Shown here: positions 44,879-59,461 of the stretch, piece by piece | Layout: the number at the start of each line of letters is the position of its first letter | Numbering within the stretch: the first letter of the stretch is position 1 | Source of the DNA: Eledone cirrhosa | Taxonomy: Eukaryota | Reading direction: 5' to 3' | Assembly: GCA_964016885.1 (NCBI GenBank) | Contig: OZ024740.1 | Coordinates: 222,208,001 to 222,272,000 of the forward strand | DNA length: 64,000 nucleotides | Program-made: the position numbers and the translations under genes | The notes under the pieces: model-generated | Told to the model about the DNA's origin: nothing | The model's database searches: none | What the model saw: only the letters and a program-made list of their open reading frames with translations

Positions 44879-45004
44879 TCAACTGATGAGTTTATAAGAG
44901 CCCGCTTGTGTATAAAAACTACGGATTATATGCAAGTTTCTACATAACCTCGAAATTATTTATCCCAAATTGTAGAAATCTTATAACGAAACGGCCGTCT
45001 GGAA
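44879..45004 (+). ncRNA. Hammerhead ribozyme with a ~98-nt branched stem II (family L)
   Basis: CTGATGA-gtttataaga..[cttgtgtataa/ttatatgcaag][tttctaca/tgtagaaa]..tcttataac-GAAA-cggccg-TC-tgga. A truncated tandem copy lies at ~44125-44425. Diverged relatives lie at ~10945-11308 and ~12222-12436. Confidence 0.8.
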
Positions 45005-45229
45005 GAAATGAGATATTTATTTAATAATGTCTCATACAAAATAATACAACCAATTATCCACGAAATACTGATTAGTTAGCACCCCAAACACTAAACTGGG
45101 ATAATACTTAAGTATATCCTAATGTTTGTTGAGTGAGATGGAGTTGGTCGGAGTATAGCTTAAGGCTTTCTCTGTTTATGTATTGCATATATATATGTAT
45201 ATATATATGTATATATATATGTACATATA

Positions 45230-45331
<102 letters not shown>

Positions 45332-45845
45332 AATGTGTCTGTCGACACCTGGAATATAGCTTAAGAGAAATTTGAAGATAATGATATGATTGGCACCCAA
45401 TATTTTGAACTGGTTTATAGAATTCTCTCTGCCTTTGTCACTCTAAGTAGAACTGTAAAGAATTAGCTTTTAAAGAATTTCCCTTTTCTTCAAATCCATC
45501 AACTATGACCGAACTCCAACGATCTTATAGACACCTGAAATATAGGCATTGTTAGCTTAAGAGAAACTTAAAAATAAGGAGTGGCACCCCATTCTGAACT
45601 TGTTTATAGAATTCTTTCTGCCATTGTCACTCTCAATATAAATTATAGCTTTAAAGAATTAGCTTTTAATGAATTTCCTTTTCTTTCAACTAATGACCTC
45701 TACCCATCCCTCTCCTACCACATGAAAAGAGATATAAATAGCACAACATTTATTTTTGGAAAGCCAGATTCCTGATGATTTCTAAAGATTCTAGTCCTGT
45801 AGAATCTCATCTATATTAAAACTATATATATATATATATATATAT

Positions 45846-46490
45846 ATTTATTAAAATAACAGATTAAAGTTTAAGCAAAGAATCGGTGCTTTCACTCTTA
45901 ACGGGATCTTCTGAAACTAAAAAGTCAATATGTGAACGCAGAAGTAAATATTTTAAAATACGTTGCAAACGAAGGAAGTCAGGAAGACGATACTTTGGTT
46001 CGTGGAAACGTTCCCTGGCAAAGAACGGAAAAACACGAAGATAATAAATCATTATTTGGAGCGGTGAAAACAATTACACGTAAAGACAAAATCACGTTTA
46101 TGGTATAAATGAAGTCGTAGACTAATATTCTATTATTATACCTCTGTATTTTATTTACTTTATTCTTAACTCTGAAGCCGAGATTCATTCGGGTTCCTAA
46201 ATAGAATATTAGTCTACGACTTCATTTATACCATAAACGTGGTTTTGTCTTTGCGTGTAATTGTTTTCACTGATCCAAATAATGACGTATTATCTTCGTT
46301 TTTTTTCGTTCTTAGCCAGGGAACGTTTCCACCAAACAAAGTATCGTCTTCCTGTCTTCCTTCGGTTGCAACGATTTTTAAAATATTTACTTCTGCATTC
46401 AAAGATTGACTTTTTTAGTTTCAGAAGATCCCGTTAAGGGTGAAAGCAGCGATTCCTTGCTTAAACTTTAATCTGTTATTTTAATAAATA
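45846..46490. repeat. Inverted repeat with variant HHRs (CAGAAGA core) at 45868-45918 (-) and 46417-46467 (+)
   Basis: Arms are ~45846-46135 and ~46200-46490. The motif is agttt-CAGAAGA-tccc gttaa gggt-GAAA-gca..tgc-TT-aaact. Confidence 0.8.
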
Positions 46491-46591
46491 TTTGCACTAC
46501 GGTTCTTATATATTTGATATATATTTATCTCTATTGAGCCCTCTTTTGATTTTAGTCTTCAAATTTATTATTATTTCTCTATATATATATA

Positions 46592-47069
46592 TGTAGTGAC
46601 CTACATTACGCGGGTTCACATACATTCTCTGTGCGTGATTTGGTTCAGCTCAGCCAATCAGCGCCAGTAGAAGAGGATGTATCCCTACGCGTTCTCAGGG
46701 AGAAATAGCCCGCAAAGATTTGAGGACGCCAACACTTCCAGGCTAGAGGACTTCAAGGCTTGACCATGCTAAGTCAACACCGCTTGTTCTTTTGCTACGC
46801 CAGCACAAACAATATGTAACACAACAATTTAACCACGGCCTGGCAACGCTTCTCTCAGCCTGTAGCCCGTGTCTTTCTGGAATCTTAATTCGTTTATTTT
46901 ATTTCTCTTGGCATGCCAGCTCAACCTCTGTTAATAAATAATGTAAAACCAAGCAAAAGTCGTTTTTGATATTCCTATCATATCTTTCTACCAAACCTGG
47001 TTCCTCGTGGCAACATTACAACTTCTGAAATATACTTCTCCGCTAAATTAGAATTTACATCTTCAAACA
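46592..47069 (+). mobile_element. Possible LTR of an LTR retrotransposon
   Basis: Begins TGTAG, contains a CCAAT box and AATAAA, ends ACA (at 47020 or 47069), and is followed by the PBS-like TGGTGAC at 47073. There is no second LTR or internal ORF. Confidence 0.35.
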
Positions 47070-47373
47070 AATTGGTGACAACACATTTCATACAGCAAAT
47101 ATATATAGCTTAAAATGGAGTGAGAATAAGAAGAAAGCAAGAACGGGGGGTCCTCATCAGTTGTCTACAGGGGGTCTCAGATATTTCCACGCTTTAAAGA
47201 CAAGATATCTACCACGCAGAGCGTTCAATAACTGGGTATGTTATTGGGAAAACGGAGGAGAGATGGAAGGAAAATAGAAGGGAAAGGGGAAGAAAAGAGA
47301 AAACAGCGAAAAAACAACAACAAACCGAGCAATGTGCAAGCAACTTAAGGTAAGAAAATCCAAGACCACAGCG

Positions 47374-47433
<60 letters not shown>

Positions 47434-47609
47434 GTGTCTGTGATCTATATACACTGGTCATAGACACACACACACTCACATATATATATAGACAACAACA
47501 CCACCTGGTCTCTTTTATTCTCCTTCGCTGTCTCCTCTCCCTCTCACTAGGTCTCTCTTTCAATCTACTCTGTCACAACCACTATCTCTTCCTCTCCATC
47601 TTTATGAAA

Positions 47610-47795
47610 GTACTCGGAAAAAACCATATCTTCGGAACCCGTGGTCCGATTTACTCGAAACTTGTTTTGTTCCATTTGTATTCCAATTTTAGGGGCAACT
47701 TCCTTTCAAAGTATTTTCCCATTTTGCGCCGTTTTGCCTGTATTACATTACAAACAAGCAAGCAAGCAATTACAGAATTTTAGTAGTATATAGAT
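47610..47795 (-). mobile_element. Helitron/Helentron-like 5' fragment
   Basis: The minus strand starts TCTATATACTACTAAAAT followed by a (GCTT)n/GTTTG microsatellite. The segment contains a CCGATTTACTCGAAACTT-type motif. Confidence 0.4.
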
Positions 47796-50700
47796 AGATA
47801 GTTTTTAGTCGTATATGTGTTTACGAAGCTGATTCAGCATATGTCTTCTATATTTTGAACTGTATATGATTGCATATTATACCCACTATACGTGGAAAAC
47901 AATCCGAGAATACATTCGCTATACTGTCACATATTTTGATCACTCAAACGATTATTTGATCAGAAACGTCCATCATCAAAGGTGACCTTCTCATATTCAT
48001 TCCGCTGGCATCTCTGGAACTAAGGCCCCATTATCCAATGTATCTTTCTTTCGTTTCTTAAAATAGAATGGTGTTATTTGAGAGAGATTTTTCCCATAGT
48101 TGTAGCGTCTAGAATCTAGATGGTTGAGAGGCCAACTAAAGTTTCCAACATTGTCTTGCAATTATTATAATTTTCTTCGCTCTATTAGCTATTATAAGAT
48201 GCATCTTCCGTATAATTTCTTAACCATAGTTGAATTTACTGTGGCACTTGTTTATGATACTTTAAAGGTAACGGATGATGAAAATGTATTTCCTTAATTC
48301 ATCCACGCCATATATTAAAATATTGCCTATCTCGTTTATCAAAGGTCTGTGTACACATTTAAAATAGCGTAGGCCACATTTAAGTCGATGTGAATATCGA
48401 AAAAGAAGAGATTATTGGTAATGGAACTCTTTAAACTCATAGCCATGAAATTACATGGAATAGCTACAAAACATTCTCCTTTCCACAACCAAAGCGAATA
48501 AAAATCGTTGAAAATCTTGCTTGCTTTTCATTGAAAAATAAAATTGCTTAAAAACGAATAAATGTAATTTCTAGAAATATATATTTTCTTACAAGTTAAT
48601 CAAAGAACTTAAAATAGTGCATTTGATAGAAACACAAATTATAAAATATTGTTATGGCCCTTAGCATTTAAATCTGTTTACTGCTGGAGGCTATTGCATT
48701 TTCGGAGTAGTGATAGAAGGGATGTACACTCTATGTTGTACACAGTTCTTATTTATATAAACCCATGACCCACTTTTGAATAAATTTATTTTTGCAAGAT
48801 TTTAAAGTCATTTCTTCATCATTTCAGATGCGACAACATGTCGGTTTGTCTTCTAGATTTTGTTGATTTTTACGTTTAGCAATAGTTATTTGTTAGATGA
48901 ACATTGGAACATTTCATGATGTAATTTTGTGTTGTTTTCACTTTGACATAAACAACACATACAAGGTGAAATAAAATGAATTCCAATTCTGCTACTTAAT
49001 GTGTTTTGAATTATTGTGATTATAGTATTAACAACATTCAACACGTTGCATTTTTGAATGTTTAGTGTTCCTGAAGTAATTACCTATAATACGTTGTTCA
49101 GTAGGTACAGTTTTTAAAGTCGATTAATTTCTTCTCTATCTCCATATATTATTTCTCATCGTTATTAAATTGTAAAGTCATATAAAACACTTTTATGATA
49201 TTTTACTGACAATCATGTTTATTTAAATTCTAATACATGTTAATATTTTATATTTTACCATTATAAAAGGAAAGGTATTCTGATAATATAAAAGCATAAA
49301 ATATTTTGCTATTTTCTCACAGAAAATACGAGAAATTTATGTAGAAAATATTTTATACATAGAAATTTAATAAAAGATTTACTTCTTCATATATAAAAGC
49401 CTGCTAAATAAAAAGAACGAAAAGACAGCCTTACATATTTTTCGAAAATGATTTATTAAGTATGATAATATATTCCAGTAAGTAAAAAATATGAATTCTC
49501 TGCAGGAATCGTTTGAAATTTTGAAATGTAATGAATAAGTTAAAAAATATTACTCAATGACTCCGAAGAAATATTATTCTAAAGGATCACCTGGTAATTT
49601 TCATAAATGAATGTTTCCTTCAGCTAGTGCTATTTTAACATAAGCATTGTTGAGAAGAAGCTGATACGGGTTTCTCTCAACATTACTTATATATTTAAGT
49701 ATACACAAGATGTAATGAGGACCTCATGTTACACCGTCAGTTAAGGATGAGTATGTTTGTTTAAAATGGCAACTGATTTGGCATCGTTGTAAGCCCACGC
49801 CATAATTTTGTCGAAGTGTCGTCAAACTTCCATTTCATCTCCATATTTTTTATTCAAGATCATGCTGATTTTACGTTTTATCTATCACTTTAAAATGCCT
49901 CTTAAATTGCTACCAGTTGAAATTTTCCATAATAAAATAATCTGATGTGAGAGTTTATTTCAAAGCCAAACATATCAAATGTAAATCATATAAATGAATT
50001 CAACAGATTCACAATTATTCTGAGTGCATTTTTGATGCACTAAGTTTTCCTCTGATCCATTGCCATGCGTCTCTGCCTATTACATTCCTTATAGACGAGT
50101 CTTACATTTAAATACTCACTTAAATCAAATGAATGTGTACTACCTCTCAACAGTAAAACAAGAATGATTTTATTCTAGAGGAACGTAACAACATACGTAT
50201 GAATATTTGATGTTATGACTCTCTTGGTCTTAAAATTGTAATAACCTACATAATTGTTATAGTTGTGCATCTACTGCCTACAGAAAATATTTTACATAAA
50301 TAGTAGAATCCAGGGCTCTAGAAATTGTGCACTTCCGTCTAGTTGATTACCAGTTACGTAATGTCACATAGTGGCTTATTATATGGGATGAAGGGGATCA
50401 ATATAGATATGGTGAATGTATTTCATGGTCTAGTGATACTGTATGTATATGGCGTTTTGTTGTGGCCTCAATAGAGGCGAAGAAGACGGTTTCTGTAAGC
50501 GAGCAGAGACTGATATTTCTCTACTCTAATACTTGTTGGTATACAACCGATGTAGTGTGTTTGAGACTATTATATATACCTTTGTGTTTTTGGGTTAATT
50601 CTAAGTGATATCGTTCTTAGTGTAGACGTTAAGTGATATTTCGTATGTTACATCTATCTTTATGTGACTGGAATATATTGAACTCAGAGGAAGGGTTTCC

Positions 50701-53700
50701 TACGTAGCCTCATCATGTTACCCGGTACATATTTATGTTTTGTTTTTGTCTTATTGGTCTGTTTCACGATATGTTTGTTTGCAATATGGAGCATTTCGTG
50801 TCATTTGTAGTTTGTCGAGATTTATTTTAGGCTTTGTTGTAATATATGATGCATCCAATATATGGTTTGTAAGCTAATGTTATTTTCAGTGTTAAATGTG
50901 GTGCCTGTGAGTATTATCTTATTGTGTCTATTCTTAATTTCGTCTTTTTAACTACTGTGTGAAATGGTCTGTAACGGTTTTATAGTTGTTCATGTTTCTG
51001 TATGTGTAGTGTTTTTATGTTACTGGATATGATTATGAATTGTATTATCCGGTTTAGAGGGTAGGGAAACGTTATGTATATGAAGTCAAAGACAATTGGT
51101 GAAACGTGATACCTGCGTTATCTTGTGTAGTATACTGATTATATCTTGTGGTTTGAAATGGAAACGTTCGGGTTGATGATACCAAGGACTGGATATTATA
51201 AATATCTCTTCCAAATTCTGACTAATTGTATCGGTATAAAACGGTGAAGATATTGGATTAAATAATTATTTCGGTCTATACTTGTTTTACGTTTATGTTT
51301 GTAATTTCGTCGAGCATCAGAGGTTTTACTGATGCCTTGTAGAATATACTTTATAAGGTTCAACAATGTTTCTTTAATAGTATGGACTACAGTATCTATG
51401 ATGATGGTTACCCTGTTATTCAATTCTGCAAGATGTAACTCTGTGTGAAATGGTTCTACATAGGAGTTTGTAAAACATGTACGCTTAATTCATTGATGTT
51501 TGGTTAAGTATAGCGATGGGCAAGTGATTGGATATGAATTTCGCTACTGGTTTTCATGAGATTTTGAAGAGAGAATACTGAGTGAATAGGAGTTATTGCA
51601 GTTGGCTTTCTGATGTATGTAGGCTCTTTGTTGCCTGTTTATTTTTTCATCATTGTTCCATCCTTCAGTTATTGTGTTCGGGAGTGAGCTAGTGATTTAT
51701 TGTTTGGTGATGTATCTTGTGGGGAACGATTGGTGTGGTCGTTAACAGTATGCATTAGTATATTGCATTAATGCACTTGCATTGCTAAAGTGTTGCCGTT
51801 CTTTACTACACTAAGATTTTGTTATGGTATAAATATACTGGATGAATGTCTTTATGTATGTGGTTTAGTAAATCTTTCCCCTTCAAGGAAGTATGAAAGT
51901 TTATAGATTGGGCTATGACATTCGTTATTGTATCATTGCATTGCGAATGGCGTGTCATATGACACGTATTTTCTTATTCCTTGCAGTTGTTTTCTAAGAC
52001 AGTTAATTGTAGTTTCAGTAAGCTTAGTTTCTTTTGTGATTTTAGTATATAATGTAAATTTTCTATTTGTGTGTGATATGAGTGAATTAGTGTATTTTGT
52101 TTAGAATGTAACGGAAGATTAGTTGTAATACTCATTTTCCTGCTGCTCTTTGTTTTATAATTGTTGTTTGCAATATACATGTTCGGGTTAATATGAATAA
52201 ATGAGACAGCGGTTACAATAACATCGGGATCAACACCTTTTATACATTAGGGGGTCGATAAAATATATGAGAGCATATATACAGGAGAGTCAATGGAGGG
52301 TACGTCTGTCTTACACATGACTTTGAAAAGTATCGATATTAAAAATATGTATAGGTAATCTACACTCATTATTGTTTTGGTTAATAGTACTGGGCAGTGT
52401 TCTAAAAGTAGGGATGTAAGGTTATGACTGATTGGGTTATAAATGTTAAAGTGATGAGGGATCTTCAAAATGTAAGGCTTCATAAATATGTTTTTAAAGC
52501 ATACAACTCTTGAAAACCTATACCAGCGGACTTACATTATACATAATTTGAATGCTTCCTATTTTAAATTCTCGAAGACAAATCTAAAATATATTTTACG
52601 CCTTTCGAAATATTGTAAGTATTTCTGTTAAAAATAAATTATATTTAGGATGTAAAAATTGATGTTTTACGAAAATGAAATCTATTTCAATCCTATTCAG
52701 GATTCCATTGTCAAATTTGATATTTTATTTAGTTATATGCTTTGTCAAAAGAAATCAATAATTTGTATTATATTGATACTCAAAATTAATAGGTTGAATT
52801 AACTAGTATACGTTAAGATTTATATGAAAATATTTATTTTTTTCTTTAAAAGAAAACATTATTTCTGAATCTAAACTAATAGAAATATATTAAACAATAA
52901 GATATGAAATACACTATAAACAAAAATAAATATAACACTGCTGAATATTATATATATACAAAAGAATATCTTTTGAGCAAATTGAGCAGTCCATTTATAA
53001 TAATTACTTGGCATTCCAAGCACGGATATCCAACATTACGGTGTTTAAACATGTTGTGGTAAGTTGAATGCGATTAAATTTTGTTCAGTTTTTGGCTTTA
53101 AATACAATCAGTATTGAAATATTTTCAGCCGATATTCAATATGAAGTGCACCGAAAAATTATTCAGTTCTGTGTTACTACTCTAGAGAAATAATGGACTT
53201 TTTGTTGTAGCTTGACAAGGGATAGCTTAAAAATAATAATATATTTTGCGCAGGAAATTGAATGGAAAATTATTGAAATAAGTGCAGAGTAAGAAATTAT
53301 GGTTGTCCACAAGAAATATACGATGTAAGTTATTGTTAGGTTGATAATTTGAAATAAAAACACAAATTAAAAATATATTTTTGTTTGTGACTATAATAAT
53401 TTGTATATCTACAATACCTTTTTCACGGTTTGATAAATGGATAATTTCGGAAGAGAATTCGATAAATGTATATCTATTTGTAACATTTATTTGATGTTTC
53501 CATAAATCTTCAGAAACATTTATATAAATACAAGTTAGTTATAATTTCTTAAGAAATTGTATAACGGAAAACATGACAACTCCACAGGATGTCATCCAAA
53601 TATTGAAAATTATTCATCAAATATAATTTAAAAAATATATTTTGATGCAAATTACCAGTTGCCGGTTTATCCAGAAAAGTTTCTTATCGAGTTGTTAAGG

Positions 53701-55819
53701 GAAATATATTCCACTCACTACGACCCCATATTCAATAACGCTTTATCAATTATTATTTCAGAAACGTACACAAACAGAATGTGTAAACGGAAAGATATAA
53801 ACTCTCTCATTTTCCATTCTTTCTCTGTCTCTCACACACATACAGGAACACCCACACACACACGCACACACAAACACACACACGCACACACACATGTGCA
53901 CATACACACACGCACACGCAAACACACACATAGGGACACCCATATATATATATATGATACAATGATATAAGTATTTTCGCACGAATAGAATGTTTATTGC
54001 CTTTATACACACATGATGTGGAGTAAAAAGAGAATATTTAGTATAAATAATACGTAACAAATTTGATGCTTGTGATTCGTATAGAGATAGGATTAATTAA
54101 TGAATTCCAGATGCTACACAGTCACATCACATGATACACCAAATTCATATATGCTATAACGAAACACCTATGCGATAGCTCAGCCAAGGCTCTCCCAAAT
54201 CGTGCTATATCGTTTCATGAAATAACACATACAATAATTCACAAATCTTTATCATAACTAAAGAAAAATATATACAACCCAGTACATGCTTTTTCATGTG
54301 AACATAGCAAATATGCTTTATCACTGACCTGGTTAGATAAAATATGAGTGACATTCCACACTTTCTTATAATGTTATAAGCAAAATTCATAATTTCAAAA
54401 TTATTCTAAAGTAAAATTATTTATATATTCTTATATAAATATACTGTGAAAGGAATTGCTGGAGATTGTGTTGTTACCATATCAACAACACATGGTGCTA
54501 TATTAAAACACTAATAGAACAATCATCCGTTGATATCAACGGAGAAATGTCCTTAATTCATGAAGACCACCATGGGCGGAAATGGTGCTTTAATGTAACA
54601 CATAAAGTGAACATTTCCAATCGTCAACATATTTATTTCCACATAGTAATTCCTTTCAAAACCAATACTATAACGCTGTTCAGATGTTCTTAATAATTGC
54701 CTCTCATCATACAAGGCTAATTTAATAAATCCACACTCCCATACGCTTATGTGGCAACCATAAAACACACCTTCTCTGTCCACACATATTTCTACTATTT
54801 GATATTGGGAAATTAAGGTAAAAGTTTTACTAATAAATCGATTGAACTCTTTAAAAAGGATCTGACAATCTTGTCATACCCTGGTGTTTATGTATTTTAT
54901 GGCTTCGGAATTACGTTCTAGTCCATGCATGCCTTCCTGTCAGAACAAGCAATACACTAACTGAGCGAATGATCTCTCCCAATCCAGTTCATTTAGATTT
55001 CTTATACTTTTAAAGTGAATGATTATTTCTGTCCTCGCTTTGACTAACAAACAAATACTAATTGAAATTTGTGATTTCATGAAACCATCACAACTTTTCG
55101 TCTGAGAACACGTGAACCTGAACAAAGAATCATATAACCTACGTATAGTTAATAATAAACGTAATTCAACTAAACTTAATCAACAGTCATGTAAACCAGC
55201 CATATGCAAATATATTACATAAACATTGTTGCTGAAAGAAATAGAATTGTTCAACGTTTCTTTTGATCATGATAACACGGCTCTAATTTTAAACGACTAA
55301 GAGCAGCTAAGCGTTATTACAGATTCTAACATTTTTATTGCTATGAGCAGTGATGTTATAACACGATATATAGAAAACTGATGGTTTTCACATGGTTCAA
55401 ATTCTGAAAAGTAAGTGTGTTTTTGTATATTTGACTCATGCGTATTATGTGTGTCCCCGGGTATCCAATAATTACTTCAATGATTCATTATCGTAAAATT
55501 AACGAAACCAAATTCATGTATTCTATACAGTATTAGTGCCTGAAAAACGCGAAATAAAGTTTGAGATGACAACAAATAAACAAATATAACTCTAAAAATG
55601 TGAGTGAATCGATATAAACATAAGTATTTATACTGAAGTTATTGAATTTATGTACATGAACACATAAAGCCTTCCCTATATATTTTTATAATATGCGTGT
55701 GTATATAAGTATAAACTGTAACCACATTTGCCCACTCAGATAGACATAGACACGTAACATATATGTATCTGGGTGTGTGTTTATATAATGGGAAAATACT
55801 CAATAAGTAAAGTGGACTT

Positions 55820-56250
55820 AATGAAAGGCAATAACTATGGAAAGTCTCTAACATCAACCCCAGTATTCGGCACTAAAAGGATGAAAGGCAAAATTTGGGA
55901 GAGAGGAAAGTCGATTATATTGATTCAAGTTCTGTACTGGTATTTTACTGGTATTTTATTTTTCAACCTCGGGTAAATGAAAGGCTAATTTGATCTCAGA
56001 GTTTGAACTCAGAATGAAATGAACCATGACCAAATGCGATAAAGCATTGGTCTGACAATTCTAATAATATACAGCCCTTGAGTAATACTAATAATGATTT
56101 CTAAAAGCCAACCATTTCTGTGTGTGTGTGGATGGAGGGGGGGGGGGCAAAGTCGATTAAATCGATCACAGAGTGTGAGTGTGGTTTAACTATATGCCGA
56201 GAAGCAGATTGTCTGATGCTCTACCGATACTGCCAATTCACCACCTTTGA
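55820..56250 (-). mobile_element. Cluster of diverged SINE fragments
   Basis: GGATGAAAGGCAAAA, CTGGTATTTTATTTT, TTTGAACTCAGAATG and CTCTACCGATACTGCCAATTCACCACC all match the SINE reverse complement. Confidence 0.65.
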
Positions 56251-57032
56251 ATAATAACTGCAGCATAACTGAGGTTTTCATGTCTGTTTACTCCAAGTTT
56301 CGCGATGTCGCTTATTAAAACACAACTCGTCCTCATTGAAACAAATCTTTCTTAAAAGAATTCACAATATATTCTGATGCTGGAAATATAAATTGAAATA
56401 CCATAAGTTTCTTTATATATTCATGTTTATATAAACCTCACCTCTCTCTCTCTCTCTCACAAACTCTCTCTCTTTCTCTTTCTCTCTCTTTCTCTATCTA
56501 TCTATCTATCTCTTTAATGAGAAGACACTTAGCCTAGTATTTAGCGTGTTGAAGTTATGATCAATCCCTGGACCGGGGAGCGGGTTGTGTTCTTGCGTAA
56601 ATCGTTTCATTTCCCATTAAACTACTCGAGAAACCTCCTATGACATGCAGCCTCATCAAATGCCAGCTAAACCACCATACGTATGAGCTGTAAATGTCTT
56701 TTTTTCTTTCTCTAGTAATGGAATAAAGAATATTACGAATTTGCTAATATTGCTATATTAGTAATTTTATTTAAGCATAATGCATAATCTAAGAATAGAA
56801 AATAGCACTTTGTGACATCAATGACTTTCCTGGGTGTATGTGCAAGTTAATGATAGTGTAATTGCTTCAGTCAAAATTGTCAAATAAATTGCGATCTGGT
56901 CTCTCCGAGTCTTGTTCTCTGGCACTAGTTATTATTACATTTACATTAGTTATTCTTGTCACAATCTACTATAATTTTACAATATTTATACGTATATATG
57001 TTTGCATGTGTGCGTGTGTGCGTGCGTGTATA

Positions 57033-57240
57033 AGGCGGCGAATTGGCAGTGCCATTAGAACGTCGAATAAAATTCTTTGTGGTATTCATTCCAACTCTCT
57101 GTCCTTAGATTTCAAATCCTGCAGAGATCAACGTTGCCTTTTATCCTTTCGAAGTCGATAAAAATATACCGGTCTAATATTGGACTCGATAGTTTCTCTA
57201 TGTCCCTCCCTCAATTTCTATCTTTTCTTGTAGAAATTTG
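57033..57240 (+). mobile_element. Diverged SINE copy
   Basis: GGCGGCGAATTGGCAG..TTCAAATCCTGCAGAGATCAACGTTGCCTTTTATCCTTTCGAAGTCGATAAAA. Confidence 0.75.
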
Positions 57241-58318
57241 CTGTGTTCAGCCCTGGAGCAGGATGGGAACCGCCAGGCTTAAAATGCCCTAGAAACGCTG
57301 TATGCCACTGAGTCGCCCCTACGATTCCCTTAGGACTTAACGGATTTTATATGTGTGTGTGAATCATAGGAGTGTTCATTACTACAGCCTCTGTACAATT
57401 CCAAACTTATCTAACACGAACAAATATTGAAGAATGTAAAAGGTTAATTTAAGAACTATTTTATTTGACACACTTCCGATATGAATAAAATAATTTTCTT
57501 AATCTGGCTGACATAGACACTCATTCAATCTGATAAACATATATACGCATGCAAAATCACACACATACACATACAAAAATAGATACATTCACCCATAGAA
57601 ACATATACAAACGTATGCGTACTATAACTAAAGTACTCATATTAAGTCGACCAATGAAATATCGCTTATTATACAGCCAGACATATCAATATTTATATAT
57701 TTTTTAAATATACAAACAAATCTATGTAACAAATATTCTGACGAGGCAACAGTAATAAGACATCAATTGAAATTAATCAACAGTAGCCCTGTGGCATAAT
57801 TTAAGCTAGATCAATGAACACCACTTTCACGTTTTTCAACTATTACAATATGGTTGACATTAAATGAAAGTTGCAGTAAACTTTAGTATAGCGTGACTGG
57901 GTGAATATTTCAAATGAATGAAAAACAGTTGGTTTAGAATTTTCATCATATTTTTAAAGGCAAACCGCTGTATTACTTCAATGTTATTGCGATGTGCGTC
58001 TGAATATACTGCTGACTCTATTGAATTCCATCATAATATATCTTGTGATCAAGTGATTCTTATTCTGCCTGGAATAAGTAATTTTAAATAGTATGCAAAT
58101 AGTTTGGCTGTTCTTTTAAATTGTACTTTATAACACGTCTTACTATATCACGATAAAGAGTAAAATAGTAAATATACTTTATATATTATTTAGCTATATA
58201 ATGTTATATTGTAACTGTTTCATAAAGGTTATATAGAAGTTCATAAATACAAAATAATAACATCATGGTACGCCACCTACCACGTATTTATTTATAAGAC
58301 ATGTATGTGCTAATCTAA

Positions 58319-58460
58319 GGCGGCAAATTGATAGAGTCGCTAGAACGTTGGATAGAATGATTTCCTGTATTCCATCGGGTTCTCTGCACTCTGCGTTCAA
58401 ATCCCACCGAGGACAACTTTGCTTTTCATCATTCCGAGGTCGATTAAAAAGTACTGGGTT
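58319..58460 (+). mobile_element. Diverged SINE copy (5' part)
   Basis: GGCGGCAAATTG..GTTCAAATCCCACCGAGGACAACTTTGCTTTTCATCATTCCGAGGTCGAT. Confidence 0.75.
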
Positions 58461-58642
58461 GGCTTCGTCCGTACTCTGGAAGAAATTAGCCATATTCAGA
58501 TCTGGAGTGGGGATTGTATCCGCCAGGTTTAAACAAAGTGCTCCAGAAACGCCGTGTGGCAACACAGTACGCCTACAAATCTACCAGGTGTTATGTTTTT
58601 AATCATAAATACCTGAACCAACGTACATGTGTGTAGGTACCA

Positions 58643-58691
<49 letters not shown>

Positions 58692-58916
58692 TAAGTATGT
58701 TTTGAAACAGTGAGCAGGTTTGAAATTAGAAAATAGAATAGCTTTCACCGTATTTTTGACCAAAGGAATTTTTTAGCCTGACGATGGGGTTTAGAACCCT
58801 CAGATAAATGGAAAAAGATGAGTATTAACGTACATGTACATCAAAACTCATCTTTTTACATGTAAACCCCATCGTCAGGCTAAAAAATTCCTTTGGTCAA
58901 AAATACGGTGAAAGCT

Positions 58917-58948
<32 letters not shown>

Positions 58949-59219
58949 GATATACATACATGCATACATACATATGAATATATATACTCGTATATATACA
59001 TACATATATATATATGATGATGGCTGCCCCCTCGTTATCGAGTATGGCCATTGCACGATATACCATTATTAATAATTATTAATTAATTCTATCATGCAAT
59101 GCCTGTGCGTGAAGATATTTTTTAAAGTGAGGAAAAACTGTGCACTGAGCCAATCCCACTCTCTGAGCGCCAGTAGCTATAACCCGAAAAGAAGAAATGA
59201 TCAACATCATCGGTAACTA

Positions 59220-59317
<98 letters not shown>

Positions 59318-59404
59318 AGGAATTGTTTAACTAACTCTACACCGAACTTGTCCTTTGGACTGAGTGTTCTACCAACTTTGGATATATCCTCACGTGTTTT
59401 CAGT

Positions 59405-59461
<57 letters not shown>

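Noticed and set aside
47076-47165. Minus-strand CTGATGA...GAAA with a gacaa/ttgtc stem I
   Set aside because: There is no stem II pairing and the triplet is GUG, so it cannot be distinguished from chance.
50400-52200. Strand-biased segment possibly derived from an old PLE or LINE on the minus strand (KPYIG-like fragment)
   Set aside because: It is too decayed to establish motifs by eye and needs a translated HMM search.
57734-57785. CTGACGA...GAAA-ttaa-TC motif
   Set aside because: Stems I and II are poorly paired and there is no repeat context.
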